A stretch of DNA of 64,000 nucleotides from Sphagnum compactum (lineage: Eukaryota). The notes below the pieces were generated by a model, which worked only from the letters and a program-made list of their open reading frames with translations, did not search any database and was not told the DNA's origin. Each line of letters opens with the position of its first letter. Position 1 is the stretch's first letter. The translations under genes and the position numbers were made by a program. The stretch covers positions 7,564,001 through 7,628,000 of the forward strand of contig OZ234494.1 of assembly GCA_965153455.1 (NCBI GenBank). The letters are read 5' to 3'. This document shows positions 36,421 through 49,234 of the stretch, piece after piece.

Positions 36421-39400
36421 ACCAGAGGCTCAAGGGCTCACATAATGCAATCACTTACAATACACACGCACCAATAAGATCACCTTAAACAAAAGACATC
36501 ACCATTAGTTCACAACATTGAAGGGAATCAACATCTATTTACCTACAAACGAGACCTTCACCCAAGAGCTCACAACACCAAAGGTGGGATCAACATCTAC
36601 CAACTTCAACCAAGAGCTCACAACATGAAATAGAATCAAGCTCTCTTGATTTTTTGAAAGGACCCAAAGAGGAGGATGATTGAGCAAGAGAAAGAAGAAT
36701 GAGCAAATTGAGCAGGAGAAGGAGCATCAAAAGCTCAGAAAATGTGACTGGACGTCGCATAGGGAGGATGGACCAACTGTCAAATGCCTAGGAGGGTGAT
36801 GAAAAACCACCCCCACAGATATTCAGAATGGGCATGACAATTTTGGTGAGCAAGATACTAAAACCCTATTACCGTTGATTTGTTAGCCTTAGATTTCCTG
36901 GGATTTGAGCCCTAGGTTGGAAAAGTGAACATTTATTTTGAGGATGTTAATCATCTTGTTCTTCATTTAGTTTGATTATGGGAGTAGGTAATGTTTAGTA
37001 GTGGGGTAGTGATTGATTGGTTTTAAATGAGTAAACAAATTGTCATGGGCTGCCATGTGTACAACTCACTTTTTTTTAACGTTTTTTGCCCCCAAACTTT
37101 GAAAGAGTGTATCTTACTCATCTTTCACCCATTTTAAGTGATTGAAAGGGCATGGGTGCACTTTCTACTCATGAAGATTTTATGTTCAAACCCTATGTGG
37201 AAAAGAGGCGTTTTGAGTGAGAGGGAGGTGACTGAGACAGTAAGTATTCAGTCACCGGCCTGTTTACCCTACTGGTTGTCTATTCCTGCATGAATAACAT
37301 CTTCTCATGAATATTGCATCCATGGGGGTACCAACGTTAAGTACTAAACCTGGTCTATGGCATATTTCTCTATTTGTTCACAATAATTTATACTAACGAC
37401 CTACAATGTTTTCAAGTGAAAACTTTAACATGTTCAAGTGACCTATTGCTCAATTTGTTGATTTTTATGCACATGGTATTTGCCTTATTCTTTAGTGAAT
37501 ATTGTGGAATAGCTATTAAAGTAAATGAGAGGCACTACATGCTTAACTTGGTTTTGAATTACAGATGTAAATCCCCAAATCGATGATTATATAGAATAGA
37601 AGTTATGAGGACCCACTAGGGCTACTTGTTTCCCAATTGTAATCGTGATTTTGAAACATGGTCATTCCAGAAGACATATGTTCCACTGAAATATGAAATA
37701 GGATTTTTTTCCCCCACCTTAAAGAAACCGTCGCCAAATGACCATATGATCATCACCAGAAGATTATACCATGTAGTGTGGTCAAGAAAATGACAGAATC
37801 TGCCACCCCACACATTAATGTTATATGCAACCTAAGGTTGTCGGTTTTGCTATGAGCACGAGGTTACTGCCGCGAATATAATTTCCATAGTTTGAGGAGA
37901 GTCTGGATGGACCCTGGCTAGTGATCATGGGACGGCTGGCATCAATTCCCACAGGAGTGATCTCTAGCTGAAAAGAAAAGAATCTCGAACAAAATTGAAG
38001 AGTCGATCTGCGCGCACGCTGCACAGAATGGACAGCACAGATCATGTCACCACTTTGCTTCTTCTTGTTTCGGAAGTAACTTCCCGTCCAGCTGAACGAT
38101 GAAGAAGTCCATCCTTCTTCGGCCTCTACACGTATCTCGCCAAGGGATTTGGGTTGACATGATCACCAATTTCTCACTTTTTTTGCGTGATCAAGGGAAA
38201 AGGTGACCAATAATTGTTTGATGTCCAGCAGTACGATGTCTAAAACGAGATATATGTGATCCACATGCTCACAGCCCCGCGTGGGGGGTCGCGTGCGGAC
38301 GTCACGCGTCCTCAGAAGTTCCTTATATCCCTTCCATGCTACTATTATATATTTGCATAGATCGGAAATGCCGCGTAGAATATGTCTCCCTGGAGAAGTC
38401 GTCCTTCCGAGAAAACGGCGAACGGGTCCACCACTAACGATTTACTGCAGTCCGGTTGTGGAAAGATTATTCCTGTAGAATAGATAGATGACGAAGGTAA
38501 AACTTGAAATGATCCCGGAAACTAGGGTCAAATTCCTCTGTCACTAGAGTTCACATTCACCCAATTGCTCACAGCATGCAAAATTATGATTTGCAGATAT
38601 CATGAAGTGGTTTTGCAGGGCGTATCCCCTAATCACGTGATCTGCAAAATAATCCTGCAGAACCATCAAGGTAGCAGATTTCTGTAACACAAAGGTGCGA
38701 AACACTGCGAGCTGAGAGATTAGCATCTACATTTGATGCTCAGACTGATGGAATGTTCAATGTTCGTCAAGTGCTTTGGTTTCCCTAACAGGTACAATAA
38801 GTGTCTAAGGAATGAATAAGAACCCCGTAAAATACTGAAATCTCTCTTTGACAGCTGAGACTCTGACGACAGTTATTGAAGTTAACTAGCGCGTAGATGC
38901 GGTATATGTCTTCTCTATATGAATCTCATCATGCGCTTCAACTTCAATTCTGATACATGTTATCAGCTTTTGAGTTAAAACTGAGGGCAGTACAGCTGCA
39001 ATGGAGCTTCATCGGTATGGGGTTAGCTTTTGATAGGAAGTAGGAACATATGCATTGAACAGTCAGATTCTGCGATCCTTGACCATTGACTTGACGTATT
39101 GATCCGGGGCTGAGCCGCCATTAGTGGATCCAGTGAACGTCAGGGATGTCAGCGAGCGTGATAAATATCCGCACACGTACAAGGAATCCGTAGATGCTAG
39201 TTTATATTTCAGTGTAAGAGAATTGAAATACGCCAGTACACTATACCATCGACCTACAGACTGCGATTCAGTGAATAAATGGTGCAATAAGCCACTTAAA
39301 GATCTGTCTAGAAACCTCGGATGCAGCAAAAGCGTTGCCATTGAAGAGGTCGCTCGAGACTAGGGACCCAGCTTTTCAATAGAAACCGATTTGGAATGAC

Positions 39401-40655
39401 AAATATGGATCCCAAGGTGACAATAGATAATCACATCGACGACAAAACCGACAACCAATTTAGGATAAAACTTGACAAGAAGCAACTGCAAGTCTGCAAC
39501 CGGAGCCAATATCCTGCAAATCTCGAGAGACAGGAATCACTCGTATATGTAATAAGTCCAAAGTCGATGATCCTACCAAGGTTTGAATTTCAAGAACGAA
39601 CTCAATACTAGAGTTCAGAAGCCTGATCTGCAGTTGACTCAATTCTGAAGGGAATTATAGAAGTGTTAAGCATCTATACATGATGGGTCCTAAGCATGAA
39701 GCCAGTGGCCCCGATGGTTGGCACCCAGGCCGGCCCATCTTGGAAGTGATTGTCAACTTAGACCTCAATCACACTAGACAATGCAGAGTCTTTTTTTTAT
39801 CTTCCATGGATTAGTATGTTTTTATGTTCTTTCAAACCACGAAAAGACTTGAAGAACTTACAAAACCAAGCTAGAGCTCAAGAAAAAATTTCAGAGTTGT
39901 TCGAGTTGAAGATGAAGAAACGCGCAAGATCCAAAGTAAGTGTGAAAATCTTTTGGCACTCGAGAGGAAACTCATCGCAGGGACTCTACGTCGATTTCTA
40001 CCAGTAATCTATCCTAGTTTCATGTCTAGTGTACGATCTACGAGGACGGATCAGACAATAGATTTTGAATATTCGGCTATAGGCATGCAGGGAAAGAAAC
40101 GGCAATGGACACTTGCTGCATTTGCGTGAGCCATAGCTGTATATTGTTCTAATCTAGACGTTAACAAGCTTCTCATCAGCACAAAGTGGAAGCTCGTGGA
40201 ACTCCTCAGCAAAAGTCAAAACCTTCCAGAACCATCTTCAGGTCCTACTCTAGAAATGAAATCCTGCATGCATAGCCTACAGGTGTGGACTCATGACCAC
40301 GTTGCAATTGGTTGGAAGTTCAAATCCTACGAGATTGATTCCCATGTCAGATGTGATATGCATGTAATATTCTACCCGGTTAATGACTGATGAGCCTCGT
40401 CAAAACTATCTAATGGCAGCCCAGGGCATCCGGCTCAAGTATGGGGGAAATCTGGGCAATGTTGATTGTCCAGAGTTCCCCTCAGGAAAAAAAAAGGGAT
40501 TAAAGCCCTGAGCTCATGGGTGATGAATCCAAGTGCTCATCTTCTTCTCTAGCTAGCTTTGCCGGAGAAACTGAATATCCATGGAACTGCAATGAGCTGA
40601 CCTGATGCGTGCACAACCTTCAAGGTTTCATCAACTGATGTCGAGTAGCACCAAG

Positions 40656-41246
40656 CTAGTTAAGAGGCGACCAGTAACTGCGTTCCTTCAAATCTGGAGT
40701 CGCAACGTTGTTGGAGGAGGGAACTGTATAAACCTCCGAAGCAGTTGTCTGCGTGGAGAGAGGGTTAGCGACGACGCCTCGATCCTGTAGATTATGGCCT
40801 TGATATCCGCCGACCATCATCGCTGCCGTAGCAGCTGTCGCTTCCGCGACTGCATTGTCGTGTCTCCTGTATCGCATAATCTCCTGTCTAACGGCGTTGA
40901 GTTCAGCCTGAAGCGACTGTGCCTGCTGCTGGAGGGCAGATATCGCGCCCATGCATCCGTATACGGGGTCACGGATACGAGCGTTCGCCTCGTACACCAA
41001 GCTGCTTGCGGCATCGGCGCGCTGGCTCTCAGGAACCTCCATCAGCATCTTCGAAACATTACTTGCCCCGAAGATCTTGTGCACGGAAGCGAACTTCTGG
41101 GGCTCGTGTGGCGAGAAATAAGGCGAGAAAGGGCACTCCTGCGCGCATCGCCTGCGAAGGAGTTTGCACGCGGCACAAGGGGTGGACGAATTGCCCTGCC
41201 CTTGGCTGCCCGGCATGGCTCGTCGATCTAGCGGGCTGCTAGACAT
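40656..41246 (-). CDS. LBD15: Class I LOB-domain (LBD/AS2) transcription factor, LBD15-like, 196 aa, single coding exon
   Basis: C-block CAACKLLRRRCAQEC (CX2CX6CX3C), GAS block FASVHKIFGASNVSKML...DPVYG and leucine zipper LQQQAQSLQAEL. Orthology to LBD15 is by recalled similarity only. Confidence 0.95.
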   Translation of the reverse strand: MSSSPLDRRAMPGSQGQGNSSTPCAACKLLRRRCAQECPFSPYFSPHEPQKFASVHKIFGASNVSKMLMEVPESQRADAASSLVYEANARIRDPVYGCMGAISALQQQAQSLQAELNAVRQEIMRYRRHDNAVAEATAATAAMMVGGYQGHNLQDRGVVANPLSTQTTASEVYTVPSSNNVATPDLKERSYWSPLN

Positions 41247-44200
41247 GCCTCTAATCTGCTAGCCCTTCGGCAGACGAGGAACTTCTTACTGAGAACGTAA
41301 GTGACTTCTTTGATCAAGCTGAGCCTGGAACTCGTCTCCACGGAAAGCTTCAAAGACGATGTCCAGACCGTTATAATCGAGTAACAGATCAACTTTCAAA
41401 CAGCTGCGCGTATCACATGATTGTCACGCTCCAGTTCAACTTGCTCAGGCTCCAGAACCCCGATTCATCCTTATGTGTTATGGTGCACTGTATCCAGGAG
41501 AACGAACAAATTTACATGGCTCAGATCAGTACGGCACTGGTCAAGGTTCAAGACAGAGACAGAAAACGAACTCTTGTGATTGATCGGAAGCCTAGAAAAA
41601 CATTTCTTGTGTGAAGAATTTCAGTCCCAGACGATCGATATGCGGAGGCTGCGCATATGGTTAGCAAAAGGAATTGCCAAACTTGAAAGTAAGCTCTGAT
41701 TCCATCCCGGCGAAAGCATTACTACTGGATTATATAATCGAAGTTTAGGAGAAACTAAATCGCAAACGAACTTCTAATCAAGGCAGTCAGAATGCAAAAT
41801 AGTCAGACGCAATCATCTTAGTTACGTAAACGAACGTTATAGGCACTGTGATGCTGGCAAGACCCCCTATAAATTCGGTCATTAAAACACAGTAATACAG
41901 CCAAGCTTCTCGAATTGAGCGCAAGATTGTCAAAAATTGTAGTAACAGGTATATATGAACCTGATATAATTCCTCGGTATATCTCTGGAGGGTCAAACAG
42001 ATTAGCTCGGCAAGAGATCGATGGTACATACCAGAAGTTCGGCCGACTCGGGGAATACACCTCACGTCAGCAAACCCCAGGCTGCCAAAATATTGGCACT
42101 TCAACTCCGGATGAGAACCTTGGGATTAACCTTTTACAAAAGCTTCGAGGATACAGGTTTCCAGCTTGAAACTATCAACCAAAACACCACAAATGGTCCC
42201 AGAGGGAGGTCAAGCTAGGCTCATGTGCAACCAGATCAACAACTTACCGAGTTCAGCAACCTGGGCCTCCGAAAAAGAGATCACTACTTGTACGGCAGAA
42301 GCGTTAGAAACCTAGCGTTATTGGGTCTCGTTACTTGCAGAAACCTGGAGCCAAAGAATTGATCGTCTAAACCTTATTTTAATACGACAGCAGAAAGCTT
42401 CCTTGAATTAAAGTGCTTGCAAAAGACATTGAAAGCGAGATAAAACCAAAAGCTGTGCTCCGTTTGATCAGCCATGTCTAGACTCTAGAAACATACAGTA
42501 ATCATGAAACCAAAAGCGACGGCAGGAGCTTGCTTGCTTGCGGGCCAGTCTCATGTCTGACAACAGAAACTGAAATAAGTTATACTTGCATATTCATCAA
42601 CTTCAAATTCGAACTTCACCTCAAATATCAAACAGACACCAGTCACCAGTTCTCGACCATCAAACCACTGAAGGCATCGTGCCAGCAAACGCCAAGCTCC
42701 TCCCCCTAAAGCCTTCGAGGCGTGAAAACTTCCTTGTACGACTAGGGTAAACAGCCTGAAAAACGACAGAAGCAACGATTTAGGAATGATCCCTTCTGAT
42801 GTCACGTACAGCAGCCTGAAACTGTTCTCGAAGATCAAAGCAGCGGCACGCAAAAAGATTACTAGCTGCTACAGTTATAAAGTGCTACGGAGAAACTTAT
42901 AACAGAACCTAACAGAAACCAGAGTGTTGAATAACAGATCCGGCGAGGTCCACCTTGTATCAATATTACCGCATCGAGGAGGGCTACTGAACTCTCTCAA
43001 ACCGGAGTTAAGAAGCAGTAAACCAGAAGCAGCTAGTATCTAGAGGGGGAACTCGACACGTGATGGCTCGCTAGTCGTAACGTAATTCCGGCGCAAACAA
43101 CAAAGGGGGACTGAAAACACGGACCCTAGAAACTCGAAAACCTCGCACCGGAGATCGACGACCATAGAGCTTGCAAAGCTGCACAAAGTTAGGTGATCGA
43201 CTTTTTTAAAAACAGTCAATCGGAGAGAGAGGGATGAGATGAGAAGCAATTTTGGTAAACAAGAGGTTGCAAAATGAGGAAGCACTGCCAGGGATGATGA
43301 ACCTAGAGCGGCGATGGATGGTAAAAAGGCCGCGAGGAGGACGCAAGGGTTACCTAGCGGGGCACGGAACCAAGCCACCAAAAGAAGGGAAAGAGAAAAG
43401 AGGCGGACACAGGGGGAAGGGGTGGCGAGTTGACTATGGATGTGGGGTGGGGGGCGCTCCAGGACACAACAAAGAGGGCACACACAGTTGACCGTGAAAA
43501 CGCGGCTGGGGAGCTAGTCGCGGTGTTTTGTATTATTAAGCCACTTTGTGGGCCTTGCCGCACGTCCTTAGATTCGTTCGTCTCCCGAGTCTCTCCCCCT
43601 CCTCATCGCTCTATGCTTATTACTTTTTTACCCTTTGCCTGATCAAATTGTAAACCCCACTTCATTACATTATGCCTCAACCTCTTTATATTACTGTGCA
43701 CTGGGACCAATTTCAAATCATATCGTAGCAAGTCCCCTGTAGCCTGCAGCGCTTCATATTAGAATTTTTATGCAGCAAAGTGGCGATCATCCATTGGAAG
43801 ATGTAGAAGAAGTGGCCATATCCCCCGGAAGATTTAGTCAAAATCTGACTATAAACCAAAAGAAATTATGAAGTACAATTTTTCACTTATCCTTTTATAT
43901 TTTTGCCTACATACTGAAAACCAAATATAGAACTCTGGCTATTTTAAGTAACTTTGTTCCCACTTCTGGCCCAGTGTTTCTCTTTGTGGGGAATTTTCAT
44001 CACTTAGTGACCGGAAAAAATAAATTTCAACCCCTAATGACTTGAAACTTTTAATGGCCCAAATACGACAGGTTTATAAAATATATATATGAAATCATCA
44101 GATTTCTACATTTGGTTCCAGAAGGTAGCCAAAATATGGCAGGATTCTTAATTTTTTCTGTTTTCATATTCTTTCTGTAGCCAAATTTGGCTAAATAACA

Positions 44201-44467
44201 ATGTGATTGATTGCCAATGGAGCTACATAAAAAATTTGAGGGAAAAAAAAAAGAAAACCATTTTCTAGCCATTGAAAATTTCAAGAATAAAATTCACTTT
44301 CGAATTTTTGATTTAAAATTTGTCTCTGTGGCAGAATTTTTGCGAGTGTAAAATCGGCTTCCTCCAATAGGTTACTATAGATGCTAAGGTCAAAGGCCAG
44401 GGTGAAAAGCACCTACACTTGGTACCTTCACCTTACCTCTTCTTAGAGCCTATATTTAACCCAGTAA

Positions 44468-44800
44468 TGTTAAATTTGGTTTCAGAGACCCTGATTTAGT
44501 TCAAAGATGGAAAGTTTATTGTGTTTAGAAGCAAGTCAAGAAAATTTGGGGTTTTTACGTTTTTACCATGGTGGGTGATCATTCACCCAAGGCATCAGAT
44601 TGGTGCCAGCTGTTGCTGGCTCTTCACTCATACGTGGGGCTATTCTCCTGCCTGCGTAACTCCCTCCCTCCCCTTCCTTCAAGGTGGACCCCATGGGACA
44701 ACTTGGGTTCTCGTTCTATCCTTCGATCACTCTCATGACCAGCTCTTTGCAGGTTTGCCACATTTTATGATTCTATGAAAAGAGTGAGCTGATCCTATAA
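44468..44800 (+). mobile_element. Possible short LTR remnant
   Basis: TGTTA...TAACA termini followed by CTGGTAA, a PBS-like TGG start; no TSD found. Confidence 0.3.
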
Positions 44801-47406
44801 CACTGGTAACCCATGAGAGGTAATCTCTTGATCTAGTAGTGTTACTGGGTTTAAGGTCATCACAGAGTTGTTTAAAGTCAGCACCTAGTATTAACTCCCT
44901 ACTAATACGTGATAGTTTGAGGGCTCTACTACTCCAACAATGTGTGCCATGGCGACTCATTGGAGACTTGTGGCTGTTAGTAGCAAATTGATGTTTTGGA
45001 CTTCAAATGAGTTGACTAACCAGCTTCTCCTTACACACGAAATCCATCTAAAAGTCATCTCTTATATTGATAAACAATTTAGGGATTCCATCAGAGATTA
45101 CATCAATAGGCTTGTATTGGATTCATTGTAATTTTGCTAAATATTTTGAAGGTCTTATGATTGACCTTATTCTTGCACGGAACAAACAAGGTTTTTTCCT
45201 ATGGAACCATCCAAGAACTCAGCAGCCTTTTTCTAGGGTGAATTTTCAGCAAAGAGGAATTTGGAAAGAGAAAACATGAAAATAAAATGCTATTTTGGAT
45301 TTTTAATGGCAACGTTTTCCAGTACAAAAGAAGGAAAAATCAGCAGATTTTCATATTAGATTGCAATACATACCCAACTGCATAGCAGTATCCTTCTATT
45401 TCTTTCATATCTCCTTTATAGCCAAATTTGGCTAAATCTTCTCATTGCTGATCTTCACTTCAAATGATGAGTGTTCTAATGGATGATCACCACTTTGGCA
45501 TACATCCCAAAATTGAAAAAATAGAAATAAACAACCAGGTACTCAATGCAATTCTTAGCAAGGAAGTATAAAAATACTGTTATAAGAAATGAAGTTAGTG
45601 TATATGCTACATAATAACTAATTTGGCTTGCTCTATTAAGTTCCAGCATTTTTTCTTGTTTTTTCATTTTTTTGATTTAGCTGAAGTGGCAATCATCCGT
45701 AAGAAGTTCAGCCAAAATTGGCTATATCCAGGATATAAAAGTAAAAATATTTAAGCATCCTTCACATTTTTGGCTGTTAATGATAGTGAAGGTTTATCAT
45801 TGTATATTGTAACAAAATTACATCGAAAGAAGAAAGTGAACACTATCTTTGGCTGTTTGTAGGATTTTAATTTGACAATAGTGACCTCTTTAATTATATT
45901 AAATTTAGTGTGCACTTTGTGCCGTGTATGACAAAACGTTGAAGTAATTATTCTTTGTTGGTAGTATGATTACTAGTATTATTAATTTACCACATGATGA
46001 ATGCCAATGTAGGGTACTTGTTCAAATGATTTTCAAATCTTTAAGTATATGTACATAATTCAGCAGGAACTTAAATATCTGACTTTCGAGCGGAAAAATA
46101 ATCTGAGCAGTGAGTTTATTTTCAAAAATTGAATTTTCTCGGAATATGGTGGGTTTTCTCCAGAGATACTAGATATTTAGTGTAGAGTAATACCAGATTG
46201 AAAACCCGCAATTTTCAATTGATTCCCACTTTAAATATTCTGGCTAGCTCAACACCTGACGAATCTTGAACTACACTAGACATTAAAGGTAGACATCAAA
46301 GGAAAGTCTGTACACTAGAAAAATAGTAAATTCCTACAGGTATTTTCACCCTGTCATAGTCAAGATCCTTCATAGTAGTCATTTAAAGGATTAAGAGAAA
46401 ATGATTACTATAAGGAGAACTAAACCAGTTTTATTCAAATTAAATTTTGGAGGATAGCTTTTGTACCCTTTCTTTTTAATAGAACTGGTTCCTATTCAGA
46501 GTTTGTGCTGTTTGCTGGACATCTCATAATCCTTTCATTGAAGCCACTATCAAAGCCTGAGACATTTTTACCAATTACTGCCATGGAATTGAGTTTTCAT
46601 TCAAAGTTAATAGTAATGACAAAAACTATGGACTTTGGTCTGGCTCTCTCTTTTCAAATTGGTTCTGGGGCTCTAGTAATGGGATCTGGTATCTCTCTTA
46701 ATTGGGTGTTTTCATTGGCTCTGATAGATGCATCAATGCAAAAATATCATCAACAAACACCCTTGACCCCTTCGCTCTCTTGGAAATACTGTAGCTAACA
46801 TGACTGTCCCTGTGTTTAAACTTTCAAGGTTGGTACTCTTGTAATGACTGCGGGAATGCAGTTTTTGACTTTTGCAATTGATCTTCCTGTCTTGCTCATC
46901 AGACGGTTCATGGAGGTGGTGGCCATTTATTGGTGACAATAACCGTAATTGGGCTCACATCCCGAATCAGTTAAAAAGGCTCAATCCCCAAACTGCTAGA
47001 GAGGCTACTAGCTGTGCTACACCCCTAACTCCAATTCCTCAGTTGCATTTTCTAGGGAGCAACAATGAGCTGTAGGTTATATTGCACCAAACTCCAAATT
47101 GGTTCAAGGCCTAGCTAGGGAGACTCTAACATAGTTTTTGGTCATTTATTGTTCTCAAACTTTTTTCCTTTGTTCCTTCTATATCTTGTACAAATGATAC
47201 CAGTGGTATATGTAAACAATTACTGCATTGATGCCTCTACAGCAGAATCTATATTGAAAGTATCAACAAACTTGGATATCACGTTTAAGTTTTGAGAGGC
47301 CCACTTTGGAATTGAATTTCAATTCCATAATTTAAGTTTCAAGGAATTATAAGGAAAATTGGATGAGTAAACTTGAGCTGGTTTTGTGAGCTTAGAGCTT
47401 CTACAC

Positions 47407-49234
47407 CAGTGTTGGTCTGGTATAGAGACTAATATCAACACTGGTATCAACACGGGTATCAAATACCAGACCAGTCTTGTCTGACATAAGAGCCAATTTA
47501 GACAAGGGTCCAAGGACCAAAAACCCAGGGACCAATTTGAGGGAAATTGAACCTTGAATTGGACCCTTCTTCGCATTATAAAAAAGCACTTTTTCCTAAG
47601 GTACAATGAGTGTGTCCAAAGGCTCGGGGTCCAATTTGAGGGTCCAAATGTGTGATTGGCATGTGAAAGGATTAGGTTAACCTTTGGTAAAAAAAAATTT
47701 CTTTTTTTTTTTTTTCATTTTTTTTTATAAAATTTTTATTTCTTCTTTCTAACTTTTACGACACACAATGGATGAGAATGGATCATTACTACTTTTTTCC
47801 TTGGTGTTGTTTTTTTAAATGAGAACTGATTTAAGCCTCTCTTGTAAATTCAAATCCCCTTTCAGTTGTGAAAATTGACATTTCAATGCTTCACTTTCTA
47901 TCCCACCTTTTGATTCAGTTTCATTTCATGCGCTTGAAAAGGCTGAAAATACATTCCTAACAATCACCTTGTGAGGATCCAAAAAACTAGCCATGTCAAC
48001 TCTAGAATTGATAAAACATGATATAGTTATAACCATATCCTCAATCCATAACATGTTTTTCAATATGAGCAATGACGGGAAACGAAAACAATGAAAAAAC
48101 ATTGAAAAATAAAACAATGAGCAACCTTGGACCTTAGTTTACACTTTGGTTATCCAACCATGAGCTCTCATTTAAGCTCTTTTCTTTTAGTCTGGACCAA
48201 TTGGTTTTCCTTCCAAAAAGATGCCATGTAAGCTAAATCACAATTTGATTTGTCTTGATCGTGGACCCTTGTCTAAAGGCCTTGGGATCAATTCAAAACT
48301 CTTGACCAATGCTCCATTTCAGTTGATCCTGCCCCTTGGACCCTTGTCTGAAATGGGCCTAAGTCTGGCAGGGACTTGAGATAATACTAGTCTGGTATCT
48401 GTCTTATATTAGTCTATATACCAGGCATATACTTGCCATATGCCAGCCCAAAATCAATATTGAACTTAATACCAGTACTGGGCTGATATAAAAAAAATTT
48501 AAATAACCGATACCAGTACCAGCTGGTATCAAAATAAGTTGACACTGGACCAACCAGTGTAGGACTAGTGTTGTCTGGTTATACCTTTAAATTCGGATGT
48601 TAATCCGGATAGTACCCAGATGTCAATGTATCCATATCCTGAATGTGTTTTTTCACTATCCATCATATTCACATCTGATTGAACTTATTGCAAATGCTAA
48701 CCAATCTCTATGGATATTCAATAGATATCCCTAACATATCTTTATTCATATTTGTTGCTTAGTGGTATTAAATTTTATGGACATGATACTGGGTTTATAC
48801 ATATTTTTTAGAAATGATTTAAATTGATTATTCAGATATCATAGCTAGGGTTTAAGGGGACAACTTGATAGGCTTCTTTCTTGTGCATCTGCATAACCTT
48901 GTGTGGGGGTGTGGTTGGGATAAAAAACTTGTGCTACAATTGAGCAAAAATTTTCATAAAATTGGGATTCAACATTGTTTTGGATTTGGTTCACGTTGGT
49001 TTTATTTTGGAAAGCTAGGTTGTATTCTAATAAGTTTTTTTCAAAGCAACAAAATTGAAATTTTATTTGCATAACCTTTGTGCATATCTATCATGTTTTG
49101 AAAATTGAATACCAGCATATTCATAAATGACAAAAGATTTTTTTTTAAATACATATCTTTCTTTGTAATATATACATATATTTTTTATTGAAATCCATAG
49201 GATAGGTCTAAAAATCAATAACTGACCAACACTG
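47407..49234. mobile_element. Non-autonomous hAT-like element
   Basis: Perfect 11-bp TIR CAGTGTTGGTC / GACCAACACTG; 8-bp flanks TTCTACAC (47399-47406) and GTCTACAT (49235-49242) match 6/8; internal ATACCAG/CTGGTAT subterminal repeats. Confidence 0.65.
47490..48359. mobile_element. PIF/Harbinger (Tourist-like) MITE nested in the hAT-like element
   Basis: 26-bp imperfect TIR GAGCCAATTTAGACAAGGGTCCAAGG / CCTTGGACCCTTGTCTGAAATGGGCC, flanked by TAA on both sides (47487-47489, 48360-48362). Confidence 0.78.

Noticed and set aside
30627-37262. Possible TIR pair (CACCTGGTGACCGAGCAC / GTATTCAGTCACCGGCCTG) enclosing the pogo transposase
   Set aside because: Only partial complementarity and no clear TA TSD, so element boundaries cannot be assigned.
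40794-41242. Antisense ORFs over the LBD gene
   Set aside because: By-products of a GC-rich coding strand.
46500-47100. Coding-like decayed segment
   Set aside because: Stops in all frames and no family motif I can name.
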